Shown one piece after another: positions 9,773 to 19,278 of a stretch of DNA of 64,000 bases. The translations under genes and the position numbers were made by a program. Under the pieces are notes generated by a model that was not told the origin of the DNA, did no database searches, and worked only from the letters and a program-made list of their open reading frames with translations. Origin of the DNA: Gammaproteobacteria bacterium (lineage in GTDB: Bacteria > Pseudomonadota > Gammaproteobacteria > GCA-002705445 > GCA-002716945); assembly GCA_016779485.1 (NCBI GenBank), contig JADHNN010000001.1, positions 90,931 to 154,930 of the forward strand. The letters are read 5' to 3'. Positions within the stretch are counted from its first letter, which is position 1, and each line of letters opens with the position of its first letter.

Positions 9773-11305
9773 TTATGAATAAAGAAATGTAACATTTAAT
9801 CTACGGTTTATGTATTTTGAATCAAAGTTAATGGAATCTGTTGCATGATACAATTTAGAATCAAAAATAACTGCTCTGTTTGCCTTGTAGGGTACTCTGA
9901 TAGAATCTGAGTTATTAACCTCTTTGAACATCTTTTCAGAATTAAGTTCAGAATTAAATTCATCAAAACTAGCAAATTCATCAGGTTTTTTCTTCCAAAT
10001 TATCAAGCCACCAGAATTCTTGTCAAGATTCGCACTATCGGATGTTAGCCATAAATTTACATTAACAATTGCATCATCAGCATGAATATTAATGCCTTTA
10101 TGTTCACTATCATATTTAAATGCCCAGGCTTGAGAAAGATTATGTTCTTTAAAGATATCAGGTAATTCATTTTTTAAATCTAAACTAAATTGTAGAATAG
10201 GTTTATTAGCCATACCTGTTCCTAAAAATGTCCCCACGTAACCTCTTGGGTATGGGCGTTTAAAGATATTAGCACAACGATAAAATACATTTAAATCAGT
10301 ATAAAATGAATCCGATAAAAGATTATCGACAACACATATTGAAGGATTAGAAGTATGGTATTCGTTTTGAATTGATTTAAAATCCAACATAGGATTTAGT
10401 AAAGATGATTTAGTTTTCGGTGGTTTATTATATTTAATTTTATGAATGGTTGAGATAAAGCTCAAATCATTTTTTGAATAATTCTCATAATTTTTACTAT
10501 TGATCATCGCTAAAGAATCAAAAAACTTTTGAGTAATTTTCATATTCCTAATTCCATCAATATCTGAGTCTATATGACAGATTTGTTCATATTCATGCTT
10601 AACAAAATGGCTCAGTACACTTTTATCCTTTATTTTTAATAATGTTTTTAACTCTGGAACTATTTGTGATTTTTTTTCTGCAATTTTAAATAAATTATAT
10701 GATTTGTCTAAGTCATTATTCCATAGGTATACTAGAGCATAGTTGCAAATTGTTTTGTGATCAAATGTCTCATTAACATCAATTTGATTTAAATTCTCAA
10801 TGCAATGAAATAAATCATCGCTATTTTTGAATTTATTGAACTTCTCTATGTATATGCCAATGATATTTTTAGTAAGTCTAATATCAGATGAATCAATTTT
10901 TCTTCCTTGATTAAATACCTTCAAAGCTTCATCATATTTTTTTTGTACCGCATAACAGTTACCTAGATTGATATATGATTTTACAAAGCTTGCATTTATA
11001 CTAATGCAGCTATTAAGAACATCTTCACATTTCTGATAGTTTTTTATATTTTTAAGAGAGATCCCATAATTATTCAATAGCTCACAATTATTTTTATTTA
11101 TTTTGTAAGCTTTTTCATAATATATTGTAGATGTCTTAAAATCCTTCTTTTGAGCAAGAACTACGCCATGTAAATGATTAGAGTCAAAATTATCAGGATT
11201 ATTTTTTAGAATTTCTAAATATATCTCATCGGCTTTGTCAATACTGCCATTTCTGTGCAGATCTAAAGCTTGTGATAGTAATTTATTTAAATTAAGTTGT
11301 TTCAT
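9773..11305 (-). CDS. TPR-repeat protein with C-terminal 2OG-Fe(II) oxygenase-like domain
   Basis: N-terminal TPRs (HLHGVVLAQ, NNYGISL, NLGNCY); C-terminal IHADD...LYHAT...RRLNVTF (HxD...H...R). Start set at 11305 because the longer ORF runs into tRNA-Phe. Confidence 0.75.
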   Translation of the reverse strand: MKQLNLNKLLSQALDLHRNGSIDKADEIYLEILKNNPDNFDSNHLHGVVLAQKKDFKTSTIYYEKAYKINKNNCELLNNYGISLKNIKNYQKCEDVLNSCISINASFVKSYINLGNCYAVQKKYDEALKVFNQGRKIDSSDIRLTKNIIGIYIEKFNKFKNSDDLFHCIENLNQIDVNETFDHKTICNYALVYLWNNDLDKSYNLFKIAEKKSQIVPELKTLLKIKDKSVLSHFVKHEYEQICHIDSDIDGIRNMKITQKFFDSLAMINSKNYENYSKNDLSFISTIHKIKYNKPPKTKSSLLNPMLDFKSIQNEYHTSNPSICVVDNLLSDSFYTDLNVFYRCANIFKRPYPRGYVGTFLGTGMANKPILQFSLDLKNELPDIFKEHNLSQAWAFKYDSEHKGINIHADDAIVNVNLWLTSDSANLDKNSGGLIIWKKKPDEFASFDEFNSELNSEKMFKEVNNSDSIRVPYKANRAVIFDSKLYHATDSINFDSKYINRRLNVTFLYS

Positions 11306-11311
11306 ATTATG

Positions 11312-11384
11312 TGGCCAGGGACAGAATCGAACTGCCGACACGAGGATTTTCAGTCCACTGCTCTACCGACTGAGCTACCTGGCC
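11312..11384 (-). tRNA. tRNA-Phe(GAA), CCA not encoded
   Basis: GGCCAGG/CCTGGCC acceptor stem, D arm GCTCAGTCGGTAGAGC, loop CTGAAAA, T arm GGCAG-TTCGATT-CTGTC. Confidence 0.95.
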
Positions 11385-11389
11385 ATATA

Positions 11390-11656
11390 TTATTTTTCTG
11401 GGACAAAACCCTGTGGAGCCTGAGAACCGTCTCCAAAAAAGAATTTTTCCATTTCTTCTTCTAAAAATTTTCTTGCTTTAGGTTCAACAGGTGTAAGTCT
11501 CATTTCATTAATCAACATAGTTTGATGACTGACCCATTGCTCCCATGCTTCTTTACATATAGTTTCTTGAATTTTTTTACCCAAATCACCAGGATAAGGG
11601 AGATAGTCGAGCGCTTCTGCTTCTTTATTGAGCTTTTTACACATTATCTTTTTCAT
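11390..11656 (-). CDS. yggX: Fe(II)-trafficking / oxidative damage protection protein
   Basis: [10 protein letters not shown]...[15 protein letters not shown]; follows mutY. Confidence 0.95.
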   Translation of the reverse strand: MKKIMCKKLNKEAEALDYLPYPGDLGKKIQETICKEAWEQWVSHQTMLINEMRLTPVEPKARKFLEEEMEKFFFGDGSQAPQGFVPEK

Positions 11657-12680
11657 GCTTAGACCTATATATTGTTAGTGCTTTATCTAGATACCTTGGT
11701 AAGCCAACATTAATGTCAGATAGATTATACCAATTCTTAGTTGATAAACTAACTTTTTTGTCATTTTTCAAAAAATAATATTGAACATTAAAATGATAAA
11801 TTTTATTAGTAACCCTATGAGTAAACGATGATTCATACATAGGGTCTAGATGAACAAGATTATTATTTAACATCCAATTGTTTTTTAAACTTTGTGAATT
11901 AAAAGTAGGACTACTGAATAAACCTAACCAAAGTTTACCTGTTGTAATTTTTTCAAGATATACCTGATTGTGTTGATTTATGATTACAGTTAATAATGTA
12001 CTAATTTTTTTGATAGTTTTTTTTATGTCTTTTTTTTGTTTTATGTCTGGTTCATAAAGACATCCGCATTTTTTGATTGGACATATTAGACAGTCAGGTT
12101 GTGTTCGCTTACATACTGTTGCACCCAAATCCATTAAGCCTTGAATAAAATCAGATGTTCTTTTTGGTGGTGTAATAAATTCAGATTTTTTCCATAAGAT
12201 TTTATCTAATTCAGATTTAGCGTAAGTATCATTTATATTAAAGAATCTTAATAATATCCTTTTTACATTTCCATCTAATATAGCTCTGTTAGAAAAACCC
12301 GAAAATGTTGATATTGCTGATGCTGTGGTCCTTCCTATTCCAGGTAACATTAATATTTCATCAAATGATTTAGGGAACATATCATTATAGTGATTAGATA
12401 TAATTTGAGATGCTGCATGTATATTTTTAATTCGAGTATAGTAACCTAATCCGCTCCATATCAATAATAAATCATCAAGACTTGCTTTTGATAATGATTT
12501 GATATCTGGATACTTTTTTATAAATTTCAAATAATATGGAATTACAGTTTGTACCTGAGTTTGTTGTAACATTATTTCTGATATCCATATTTTATATGGA
12601 TCATCAACTTTCCATGGTAGATTTTTTCTTCCAAATTTATCATACCAATCTAGAACGCTCTCAGAAATACTAGATTGCAT
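11637..12680 (-). CDS. mutY: A/G-specific adenine glycosylase
   Basis: [34 protein letters not shown], 4Fe-4S Cys cluster. Confidence 0.95.
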   Translation of the reverse strand: MQSSISESVLDWYDKFGRKNLPWKVDDPYKIWISEIMLQQTQVQTVIPYYLKFIKKYPDIKSLSKASLDDLLLIWSGLGYYTRIKNIHAASQIISNHYNDMFPKSFDEILMLPGIGRTTASAISTFSGFSNRAILDGNVKRILLRFFNINDTYAKSELDKILWKKSEFITPPKRTSDFIQGLMDLGATVCKRTQPDCLICPIKKCGCLYEPDIKQKKDIKKTIKKISTLLTVIINQHNQVYLEKITTGKLWLGLFSSPTFNSQSLKNNWMLNNNLVHLDPMYESSFTHRVTNKIYHFNVQYYFLKNDKKVSLSTKNWYNLSDINVGLPRYLDKALTIYRSKHEKDNV

Positions 12681-12682
12681 TT

Positions 12683-13480
12683 TTAGAAAGGTAATTTGAT
12701 ATTAATTTCTGATTCAAGTTTTTCTTTGATTTTATCTTTGATAGATTTTACTGCTCTATCTTTAATTTCTTTTTTTAATTTTTCTGTAACGATATCTGAA
12801 ACATTAATATCTATATTTGGATTATCGAAGCTTCCTGAAATAAGAACAGGTAATTGTGTATCTATAAGATATTTTGGATAAAACTCATTATATTTGCTTT
12901 TTAAATAGTCATTTTGTTTAATAAACGTAGATGCCGATATATTTATTGTTTCTTTGAAGGGATTAATTTTTCCAAAACCATTTCCTTCAATGAGCTCTGT
13001 GTCTAATAGCATATTTTCTATTCGTAAAAACTCTCCTTCAAAATAACCTTTAGCTTCAATTAGTTTAATGTCAGAGTATTTTGTATTTTGTAATTTATAT
13101 GTTCTGCCCGCAACAATGTTATAAGACTTAATAATTGACTCATCAATATTTATTCCATAAAGCTTTGAATCTTTAAAACTCAGAGAATCAATATCAAATC
13201 GTCCTTTAAGGATCTCTGATAACGAAATAGATGCATTAAAGATTTCTGATTCGAATAACAATACTTTATTTTTACGCACTGATAATGCTTCTGCACTGAT
13301 TCTTGTTTGTATGCCCAAATCTAAATTCAAATCACCTAGTATCTTAAATTCTATGTTTGCTTGATTTGAAATCATCTTTTCAAGATCACTTTTATAATTA
13401 TTTATATCAAATATAAAATTGATATAGACAAAAAAAGCAATAAACAAAGCTATTAATATATATAAAAATTTTTTAATCAC
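12683..13480 (-). CDS. Short AsmA-family protein
   Basis: N-terminal anchor followed by DINNYK; asmA-mutY-yggX synteny; much shorter than typical AsmA. Confidence 0.65.
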   Translation of the reverse strand: MIKKFLYILIALFIAFFVYINFIFDINNYKSDLEKMISNQANIEFKILGDLNLDLGIQTRISAEALSVRKNKVLLFESEIFNASISLSEILKGRFDIDSLSFKDSKLYGINIDESIIKSYNIVAGRTYKLQNTKYSDIKLIEAKGYFEGEFLRIENMLLDTELIEGNGFGKINPFKETINISASTFIKQNDYLKSKYNEFYPKYLIDTQLPVLISGSFDNPNIDINVSDIVTEKLKKEIKDRAVKSIKDKIKEKLESEINIKLPF

Positions 13481-13955
13481 AGTTTTTTGCTAGGTAATCT
13501 CCAGACTTTCCTCCAGTCTTAGAAAGTAATTTAATATCTGTAATTTTCATACCTCTATCTAAATATTTGCACATATCATAAATTGTCATTAGCGCAATCT
13601 CAACACCGATTAGTGACTCAATTTCTACTCCAGTCTTTCCGTCAGACTTGACGGATACAGAGCAATTAATTTTTTTTTCGTTTTCAATAATATCAAAATC
13701 TATAGTCACAGAATTTATTGGGATAACGTGTGCGAGAGGTATAAGATTAGCTGTCTGTTTAACAGCATTAATTCCTGATATTCGAGCAGTATTCAAGACA
13801 TCTCCTTTTTTATTATTCATAGATACCACAGATTCAAATGCATCTTTATTAAGTATAATAGAACCACGTGCCCTAGCTATTCTTGTAGTTACATCCTTTG
13901 AACTAATATCTATCATGTGTAGATCACCAGTCTGGTTAATATGATTATTCTTCAT
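13473..13955 (-). CDS. moaC: Cyclic pyranopterin monophosphate synthase
   Basis: MIDISSK, KKGDVL, LIPLAH, TGVEIE, IYDMCK, KTGGKSG. Confidence 0.94.
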   Translation of the reverse strand: MKNNHINQTGDLHMIDISSKDVTTRIARARGSIILNKDAFESVVSMNNKKGDVLNTARISGINAVKQTANLIPLAHVIPINSVTIDFDIIENEKKINCSVSVKSDGKTGVEIESLIGVEIALMTIYDMCKYLDRGMKITDIKLLSKTGGKSGDYLAKNCD

Positions 13956-14012
13956 TGTTTACCTACGTATTTATATTACAATAGTATAGCAAATATATTC
14001 ATTCGGTGTTTT

Positions 14013-14618
14013 ATGAAAATTTTTTTGGCCACTAAAAATAATGATAAGATAACTGAGTTCCAGCAAATACTATCTAACATGAATAATGTCGAACTAGTAA
14101 CCTCGAAAGATATCGATATTCCAGATGTTGAAGAGACAGGTTCCACGTTTGTAGAAAATGCAATACTAAAAGCAAGAAGTGCCGCAAACTTTACATCACT
14201 TCCATCTATAGCAGATGATTCAGGTATAGAAGTGGATTACTTAAATGGGCGTCCAGGTGTTTGGTCAGCTAGATATGCTGGAGAAGATGCTACTAATGAA
14301 ATGAATAATGAAAAACTTTTAAAAGAACTGGAGGGTGTGTCTACTGACAAAAGAGGAGCATGTTATAGATGTGTGATAGTATTTATGAGATTCTCAAATG
14401 ATCCATTTCCATACATTGCTCAAGATTCTTGGAAAGGAAGAATTAATGATAAGAATTCTGGTGCTAATGGCTTTGGATACGATCCTATTTTTTTCTTACC
14501 TGAGAGAAATATAACATCAGCAGAACTAGAACCAAGTGATAAACATAAAATTAGTCACAGAGGTAAGGCTCTTACTAAATTCTCAAATTATTTTACAGAT
14601 TATGTTAAAAACATATAA
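14013..14618 (+). CDS. rdgB: Non-canonical purine NTP pyrophosphatase RdgB/HAM1
   Basis: EETGSTFVENAILKA, DDSG, PGVWSARYAG, GFGYDPIF, SHRGKAL; start trimmed to MKIFLAT. Confidence 0.95.
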   Translation: MKIFLATKNNDKITEFQQILSNMNNVELVTSKDIDIPDVEETGSTFVENAILKARSAANFTSLPSIADDSGIEVDYLNGRPGVWSARYAGEDATNEMNNEKLLKELEGVSTDKRGACYRCVIVFMRFSNDPFPYIAQDSWKGRINDKNSGANGFGYDPIFFLPERNITSAELEPSDKHKISHRGKALTKFSNYFTDYVKNI

Positions 14619-16086
14619 TTCAAGAATATCTTTCTTAATTCTAATAACTTTCTTGGCTTCATGTGCTAAAAACCCGGTTTCTGGTATGCCTGATTTTGTA
14701 ACTATCACAGAACAGCAAGAAGTTGATATGGGACGAGCTTACCATAGGGAAATACTTAAAAATTCTAAGGTTCTAAAAAATAAAGAACTTACTAAATATT
14801 ATAAAGAACTTGGAGAAAAAATAGCAAGTTCTAGTCATCGTCCAAACTTAGACTGGAAGTTCACAATAATTGACAATCCTACACTTAATGCATTCGCAAC
14901 TCCTGGGGGATATGTTTATTTTTATCGAGGCCTGCTAGCTCATTTTAACTCTGAGGCTGAACTTGCAGGTGTACTTAGTCATGAAATTGCTCATATCACA
15001 GCAAGGCATGCTGTGAGAGGTATGAGTGCTGCACAAGTAACAAATTTACTTATAGGTCTTGCAGCATCTAATGTTCCAGGGGGATCTATTTCTAATAGTG
15101 GCTTTAATTTATTAAATCAATTAGCTAATAAAGGCTATAGTAGGAAATATGAGTCTGAAGCTGATGAAATAGCAAAAGAATACCTTGGTAGAAATGGTTA
15201 TAACCAAGATGCTATGGCTAAATTCTTGCAAACCATGAAAAGTGCGGATGATCTTGAAAATGAAATTGCAAAGAAAGAAGGTAGGACAGTAAGTGCTGGA
15301 TATCATAATATTTTTTCAACTCATCCTTCTACAGAAAATAGAATTGAAGCAATGAATCAAACTGAAAGCATGACAGGCAAGAAAAATAAAGATGAATTTC
15401 TTAAAATGATCGATGGTCTCCCTTATGGTACAAGCGATGAAGAAGGATACGTGAGATACAATACATTTTATCATCCCTTTTTTGCAATAAAATTCACCAT
15501 ACCTAAAGGATGGGACCTTAAAAATCTTCCAGATCGGTTAATTATTACAAAAAACAAATCAGAAATTATTCTAATGTCTGATAATCTTCTTAGAGATGAT
15601 ATTGATAATGGCTTAACTCCTAAGGATTATTTAGATCAGAATATTGATAAGACATCGTTTTTATCTAGTAATAAACTAGTTGAGCAGAAACCACTCAATA
15701 AAAATAAAATGACTGGTTATACATATTTATATAAGACTTCATCCATGATTGACATAACTTATACTCGGTATTCCGTATTTTTTGATATTGATCAAGAAGA
15801 TAAAAAACCAAAAGCATGGATATTTATAAAAAAGTTTAGAGAAATTAATGATGATAATATTACAAAAGTTATTGATGAATCATTTCAAAAAATGACTGAA
15901 GAAGAAATAAGTAAATCCAAGGGCTTAACAATAAAAGTCATCAGATTTAGAGAGGGAATGTCATACAAAAAATTAGCAGATAACAGTCCTCTTGGGAGGT
16001 ACGCTGAGGGAAAACTTAGATTATTAAATGGTCACTATCCTAAAGGTAAACCTGAAATTGGTAGTTTAATAAAAATAGTGGAGTAA
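14602..16086 (+). CDS. M48 family metalloprotease lipoprotein (BepA/YfgC-like)
   Basis: Lipobox LASC, NAFATPGG, HEIAH zinc motif, ESEAD, STHP. Confidence 0.88.
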   Translation: MLKTYNSRISFLILITFLASCAKNPVSGMPDFVTITEQQEVDMGRAYHREILKNSKVLKNKELTKYYKELGEKIASSSHRPNLDWKFTIIDNPTLNAFATPGGYVYFYRGLLAHFNSEAELAGVLSHEIAHITARHAVRGMSAAQVTNLLIGLAASNVPGGSISNSGFNLLNQLANKGYSRKYESEADEIAKEYLGRNGYNQDAMAKFLQTMKSADDLENEIAKKEGRTVSAGYHNIFSTHPSTENRIEAMNQTESMTGKKNKDEFLKMIDGLPYGTSDEEGYVRYNTFYHPFFAIKFTIPKGWDLKNLPDRLIITKNKSEIILMSDNLLRDDIDNGLTPKDYLDQNIDKTSFLSSNKLVEQKPLNKNKMTGYTYLYKTSSMIDITYTRYSVFFDIDQEDKKPKAWIFIKKFREINDDNITKVIDESFQKMTEEEISKSKGLTIKVIRFREGMSYKKLADNSPLGRYAEGKLRLLNGHYPKGKPEIGSLIKIVE

Positions 16087-16088
16087 AT

Positions 16089-17348
16089 ATGAAAGGAAAT
16101 ATATTTTATGCACAATCTGGTGGGGTAACACCTGTAATTAATGCAACTGCTGCAGGTGTAATAGATGCATATGAAAAAAACAGAGACATGTTTGGCAAAT
16201 TGTATGTAGGTAAGAATGGAATTCTTGGTGCATTGAAAGAAGAATTAATTGATATTTCTACAGAATCTAAATCAGAACTAAAACTTTTAAAACAAACACC
16301 TGGCGGTGCCTTTGGATCATGCAGACTAAAGCTTAATGATTTCAAAAAATCAAAAAAAGACTTTGAGAGAATTTATAATGTGTTTAAAAAACATAATATA
16401 AAATATTTCTTATACAATGGAGGTGGAGACTCTCAAGATACAACAAATAAAATTAATAAGTTTTTTAATGCTAAGAATTTTCCTATAACATGTATTGGCC
16501 TACCAAAAACAATTGATAATGATTTACCAATTACTGCTAATTGCCCGGGATTCGGATCCGTTGCAAAATATATTGCAACATCAACATTGGAAGCATCATT
16601 AGATGTTAAATCTATGTGTCAAACATCTACAAAAGTATTTATTTTAGAAGTAATGGGTAGGCATGCAGGATGGTTAGCTGCTGCTGCTGGGGTAATCAAA
16701 ACAAAGGCAGGAGACCCACCTCATATAATACTATTTCCTGAAATTGCATTTGACCAAAAATACTTTCTGAACAAAGTAAAAGAAGTGACTGAAAAATATG
16801 GATATTGTGTAATAGTTGCATCAGAAGGCATCAAAGATAAGAAGGGTAATTTTTTAAGTGATAGTGGACTCAAAGATAGTTTTGGACATTCACAATTAGG
16901 TGGTGTGGCACCAGTATTATCCTCTATTGTAAGTAATAAACATAATTTCAAAGTACATTGGGCAGTTTCTGATTATCTACAAAGAGCAGCAAGACATATT
17001 GCATCAAAAGTTGATGTCGAGCAGGCATATAAACTAGGTCTATCATCAATAGCTTATGCAAAAAAGAACAAAAGCGATATTATGTTAACTATCAAGGATG
17101 AATCTAATAAAAATAATTACAAGTGGTCAATAGGGTCAACTAAGCTTGATAATGTAGCAAACGTTGAAAAAATGCTGCCAGGAAATTATATTAAAGCGAG
17201 CGGAATAGAGACAACTTCAGCCTGCAATAGATATATATCAAATTTAATTAAAGGTGAAAATTATCCTAGCTATGATAATGGATATCCTAGATACGCTAAC
17301 TTGAAGTGCAAAACCATAAGGAAGAAATTAAAATCTTATAAATTATAG
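16089..17348 (+). CDS. pfp: Pyrophosphate-dependent 6-phosphofructokinase
   Basis: YAQSGG, GGGDS and PKTIDND (Asp/Lys signature of PPi-dependent PFK), EVMGRHAGW. Confidence 0.85.
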   Translation: MKGNIFYAQSGGVTPVINATAAGVIDAYEKNRDMFGKLYVGKNGILGALKEELIDISTESKSELKLLKQTPGGAFGSCRLKLNDFKKSKKDFERIYNVFKKHNIKYFLYNGGGDSQDTTNKINKFFNAKNFPITCIGLPKTIDNDLPITANCPGFGSVAKYIATSTLEASLDVKSMCQTSTKVFILEVMGRHAGWLAAAAGVIKTKAGDPPHIILFPEIAFDQKYFLNKVKEVTEKYGYCVIVASEGIKDKKGNFLSDSGLKDSFGHSQLGGVAPVLSSIVSNKHNFKVHWAVSDYLQRAARHIASKVDVEQAYKLGLSSIAYAKKNKSDIMLTIKDESNKNNYKWSIGSTKLDNVANVEKMLPGNYIKASGIETTSACNRYISNLIKGENYPSYDNGYPRYANLKCKTIRKKLKSYKL

Positions 17349-18329
17349 AATATGTAAAGTTGGTGATGTATGAATATCCATTAGTGCCTCGATAAATTTA
17401 TCATCACTATTCAAACATGGAATGAATGTAAATTTCTCTCCTCCATGATCCATGTAATCTTCTCTGGACTCTCTACCTATTTCATCTATTGTTTCAAGAC
17501 AGTCAGATGAAAATCCGGGACAGAAAACATGTATATTTTTAATACCTTCTTTTGGAAGCTGCTCTAGTCTTGAAGATAAATAAGGCTTAATCCATTCAGC
17601 CTTGCCAAACCTTGACTGAAATGCAATCTCATACTGTTGATCATTAAGATTTAGCTCTTCAGCAATAAGCTGTGCAGTTTTTATACACTCTTTTTGATAA
17701 GGCTCATCATCTCCTATATATGATTCTGGAATACCGTGGAAAGAAAATAAAAGGATGTCAGGTTTATCAAGTGTTTTTTGCGTGTTAATAATCTTCTGTG
17801 CACATGCTTTTATATATAATTTATTATCATGGAAGCTATTAACAGCATTTATTTTCACCCCAGAAAACATTTTTTTGTCTTTTTGAGCAATTGATTTTAC
17901 TAGTTCGAAAATTGATAACGTAGTAGTAGTTGAATATTGCGGAAACATAGGCAAGATAGTAATTTCTTTATAACCATTGTTAACAGCGCGATATAATATT
18001 TTTTTAATTGATGGGTTTCCGTACCTCATTGCGGTATCGAAGTGAAAGTTAAATCCTAATTTTTCGTTTAGTTTTCTTAGTTGCCCAGTTTGTGCATAGG
18101 TATGAAAAAGTAAAGGTGATCCCCACTGAGTCCATACTTTTCTATATAATTCAGCACTTTTCTTTGGCCTTGTCCTTAATATGACCAAATTTAGCAGCGT
18201 AAGCCAGAATATTCTCGGTAACCTGATAACAAATTTATCTGATAAGAATTCTCTCAAATATGTTCTGACTTCTTTTTCATATGGCTGATCAGGAGTACCT
18301 AGATTAACCAAGATAGTTATTTTGGACAT
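17343..18329 (-). CDS. hemH: Ferrochelatase
   Basis: NLGTP, AMRYGNP, FSFHGIP, FQSRFG, DCLETIDEI. Confidence 0.96.
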   Translation of the reverse strand: MSKITILVNLGTPDQPYEKEVRTYLREFLSDKFVIRLPRIFWLTLLNLVILRTRPKKSAELYRKVWTQWGSPLLFHTYAQTGQLRKLNEKLGFNFHFDTAMRYGNPSIKKILYRAVNNGYKEITILPMFPQYSTTTTLSIFELVKSIAQKDKKMFSGVKINAVNSFHDNKLYIKACAQKIINTQKTLDKPDILLFSFHGIPESYIGDDEPYQKECIKTAQLIAEELNLNDQQYEIAFQSRFGKAEWIKPYLSSRLEQLPKEGIKNIHVFCPGFSSDCLETIDEIGRESREDYMDHGGEKFTFIPCLNSDDKFIEALMDIHTSPTLHIL

Positions 18330-18333
18330 GTTC

Positions 18334-18918
18334 TCATCCTAATGTATATCTCTTGCGTATTAGACTGGATTTCGGAACATGAGACAATAAAAAGTTCATC
18401 TGATCTGCCAAAATAGTTCTACCTCTTAATATTAAATATTCTATCCTTGATGGTACAAAAGGAACTGCCAGCAAAGTCATTCCTGACTGCTCTAAAGTCA
18501 TATTACCCTTGTGATTATTACACCTTTTACACGCAGTAACAGTGTTCATCCAACTATCTTGTCCACCCTTAGATAATGGAATAATATGATCTCTAGATAG
18601 ACTTTTTAAAGAGAAGGATTCCCCGCAATATAAACATGTTGAGGCATCTCTTTTGAAGAGCGTGGTGTTTGTCAGTAGAGGAGTATAATCACGATAAGAA
18701 ATTTTATTGTAGTTTTTTGTAGCAACAATAGAATTAATAACAATTGTACTTTGATTGCCAGATATCTTATTAGCTCCCCCTCTTATAAGTAGAGAACTAT
18801 TACCACATTCATAGGTGACTTGATTATTACAATATAATCTTACCGCTGTTTGATAAGAAACCCACCCAATAGGTAATCCAGCATAATTTAGCCTGAGAAT
18901 TTGTTTAGTAATATCCAT
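18334..18918 (-). CDS. HNH endonuclease family protein
   Basis: LFKRD..CLYCG, SRDHIIPLSKGG...W.N.VTACKRCNNHKG. Confidence 0.9.
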   Translation of the reverse strand: MDITKQILRLNYAGLPIGWVSYQTAVRLYCNNQVTYECGNSSLLIRGGANKISGNQSTIVINSIVATKNYNKISYRDYTPLLTNTTLFKRDASTCLYCGESFSLKSLSRDHIIPLSKGGQDSWMNTVTACKRCNNHKGNMTLEQSGMTLLAVPFVPSRIEYLILRGRTILADQMNFLLSHVPKSSLIRKRYTLG

Positions 18919-19003
18919 ATTTATCTAATATTACAAGAATACATCATAAGATAAACATAGACGAATAATATATTTTAAATAAAAAATCACCATTATTGCT
19001 CAT

Positions 19004-19225
19004 TTATCAACAGTGTTAGATAACTGGGTGAGAATCTCAATTATCATATATTTATAATCATTTATATAAATTAAACTGATTATTTTATCTGCAAGTATAT
19101 GATATATATAAGTATATTTAATTTGACTATAAATTGAACAATTCGAGAAAAGTATTAATACGTTTAGGTTTTTTCATTTTAAAGTAGAATTATTCACAGA
19201 TTTATCCACAGATTCTGTGGATAAA
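19004..19225. promoter_or_regulatory. DnaA-box cluster with AT-rich tract and IHF-like site (candidate oriC)
   Basis: TTATCAACA 19004-19012, TTATTCACA 19190-19198, TTATCCACA 19202-19210, TGTGGATAA 19216-19224; IHF-like TATCATATACTTG (minus, 19092-19104). Confidence 0.7.
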
Positions 19226-19278
19226 CTCACTTCTTATAATGATAAAAGCCCAGTTAAACATAGTTTATACTACTAGTT

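Noticed and set aside
8950-11311. Integrative element at tRNA-Phe
   Set aside because: No integrase and no duplicated tRNA 3' end seen downstream; hspQ and the TerB-like gene look like resident genes.
18334-18918. HNH as a restriction, CRISPR, intron or homing component
   Set aside because: No methyltransferase, repeat array, cas gene, intron or interrupted host gene nearby.
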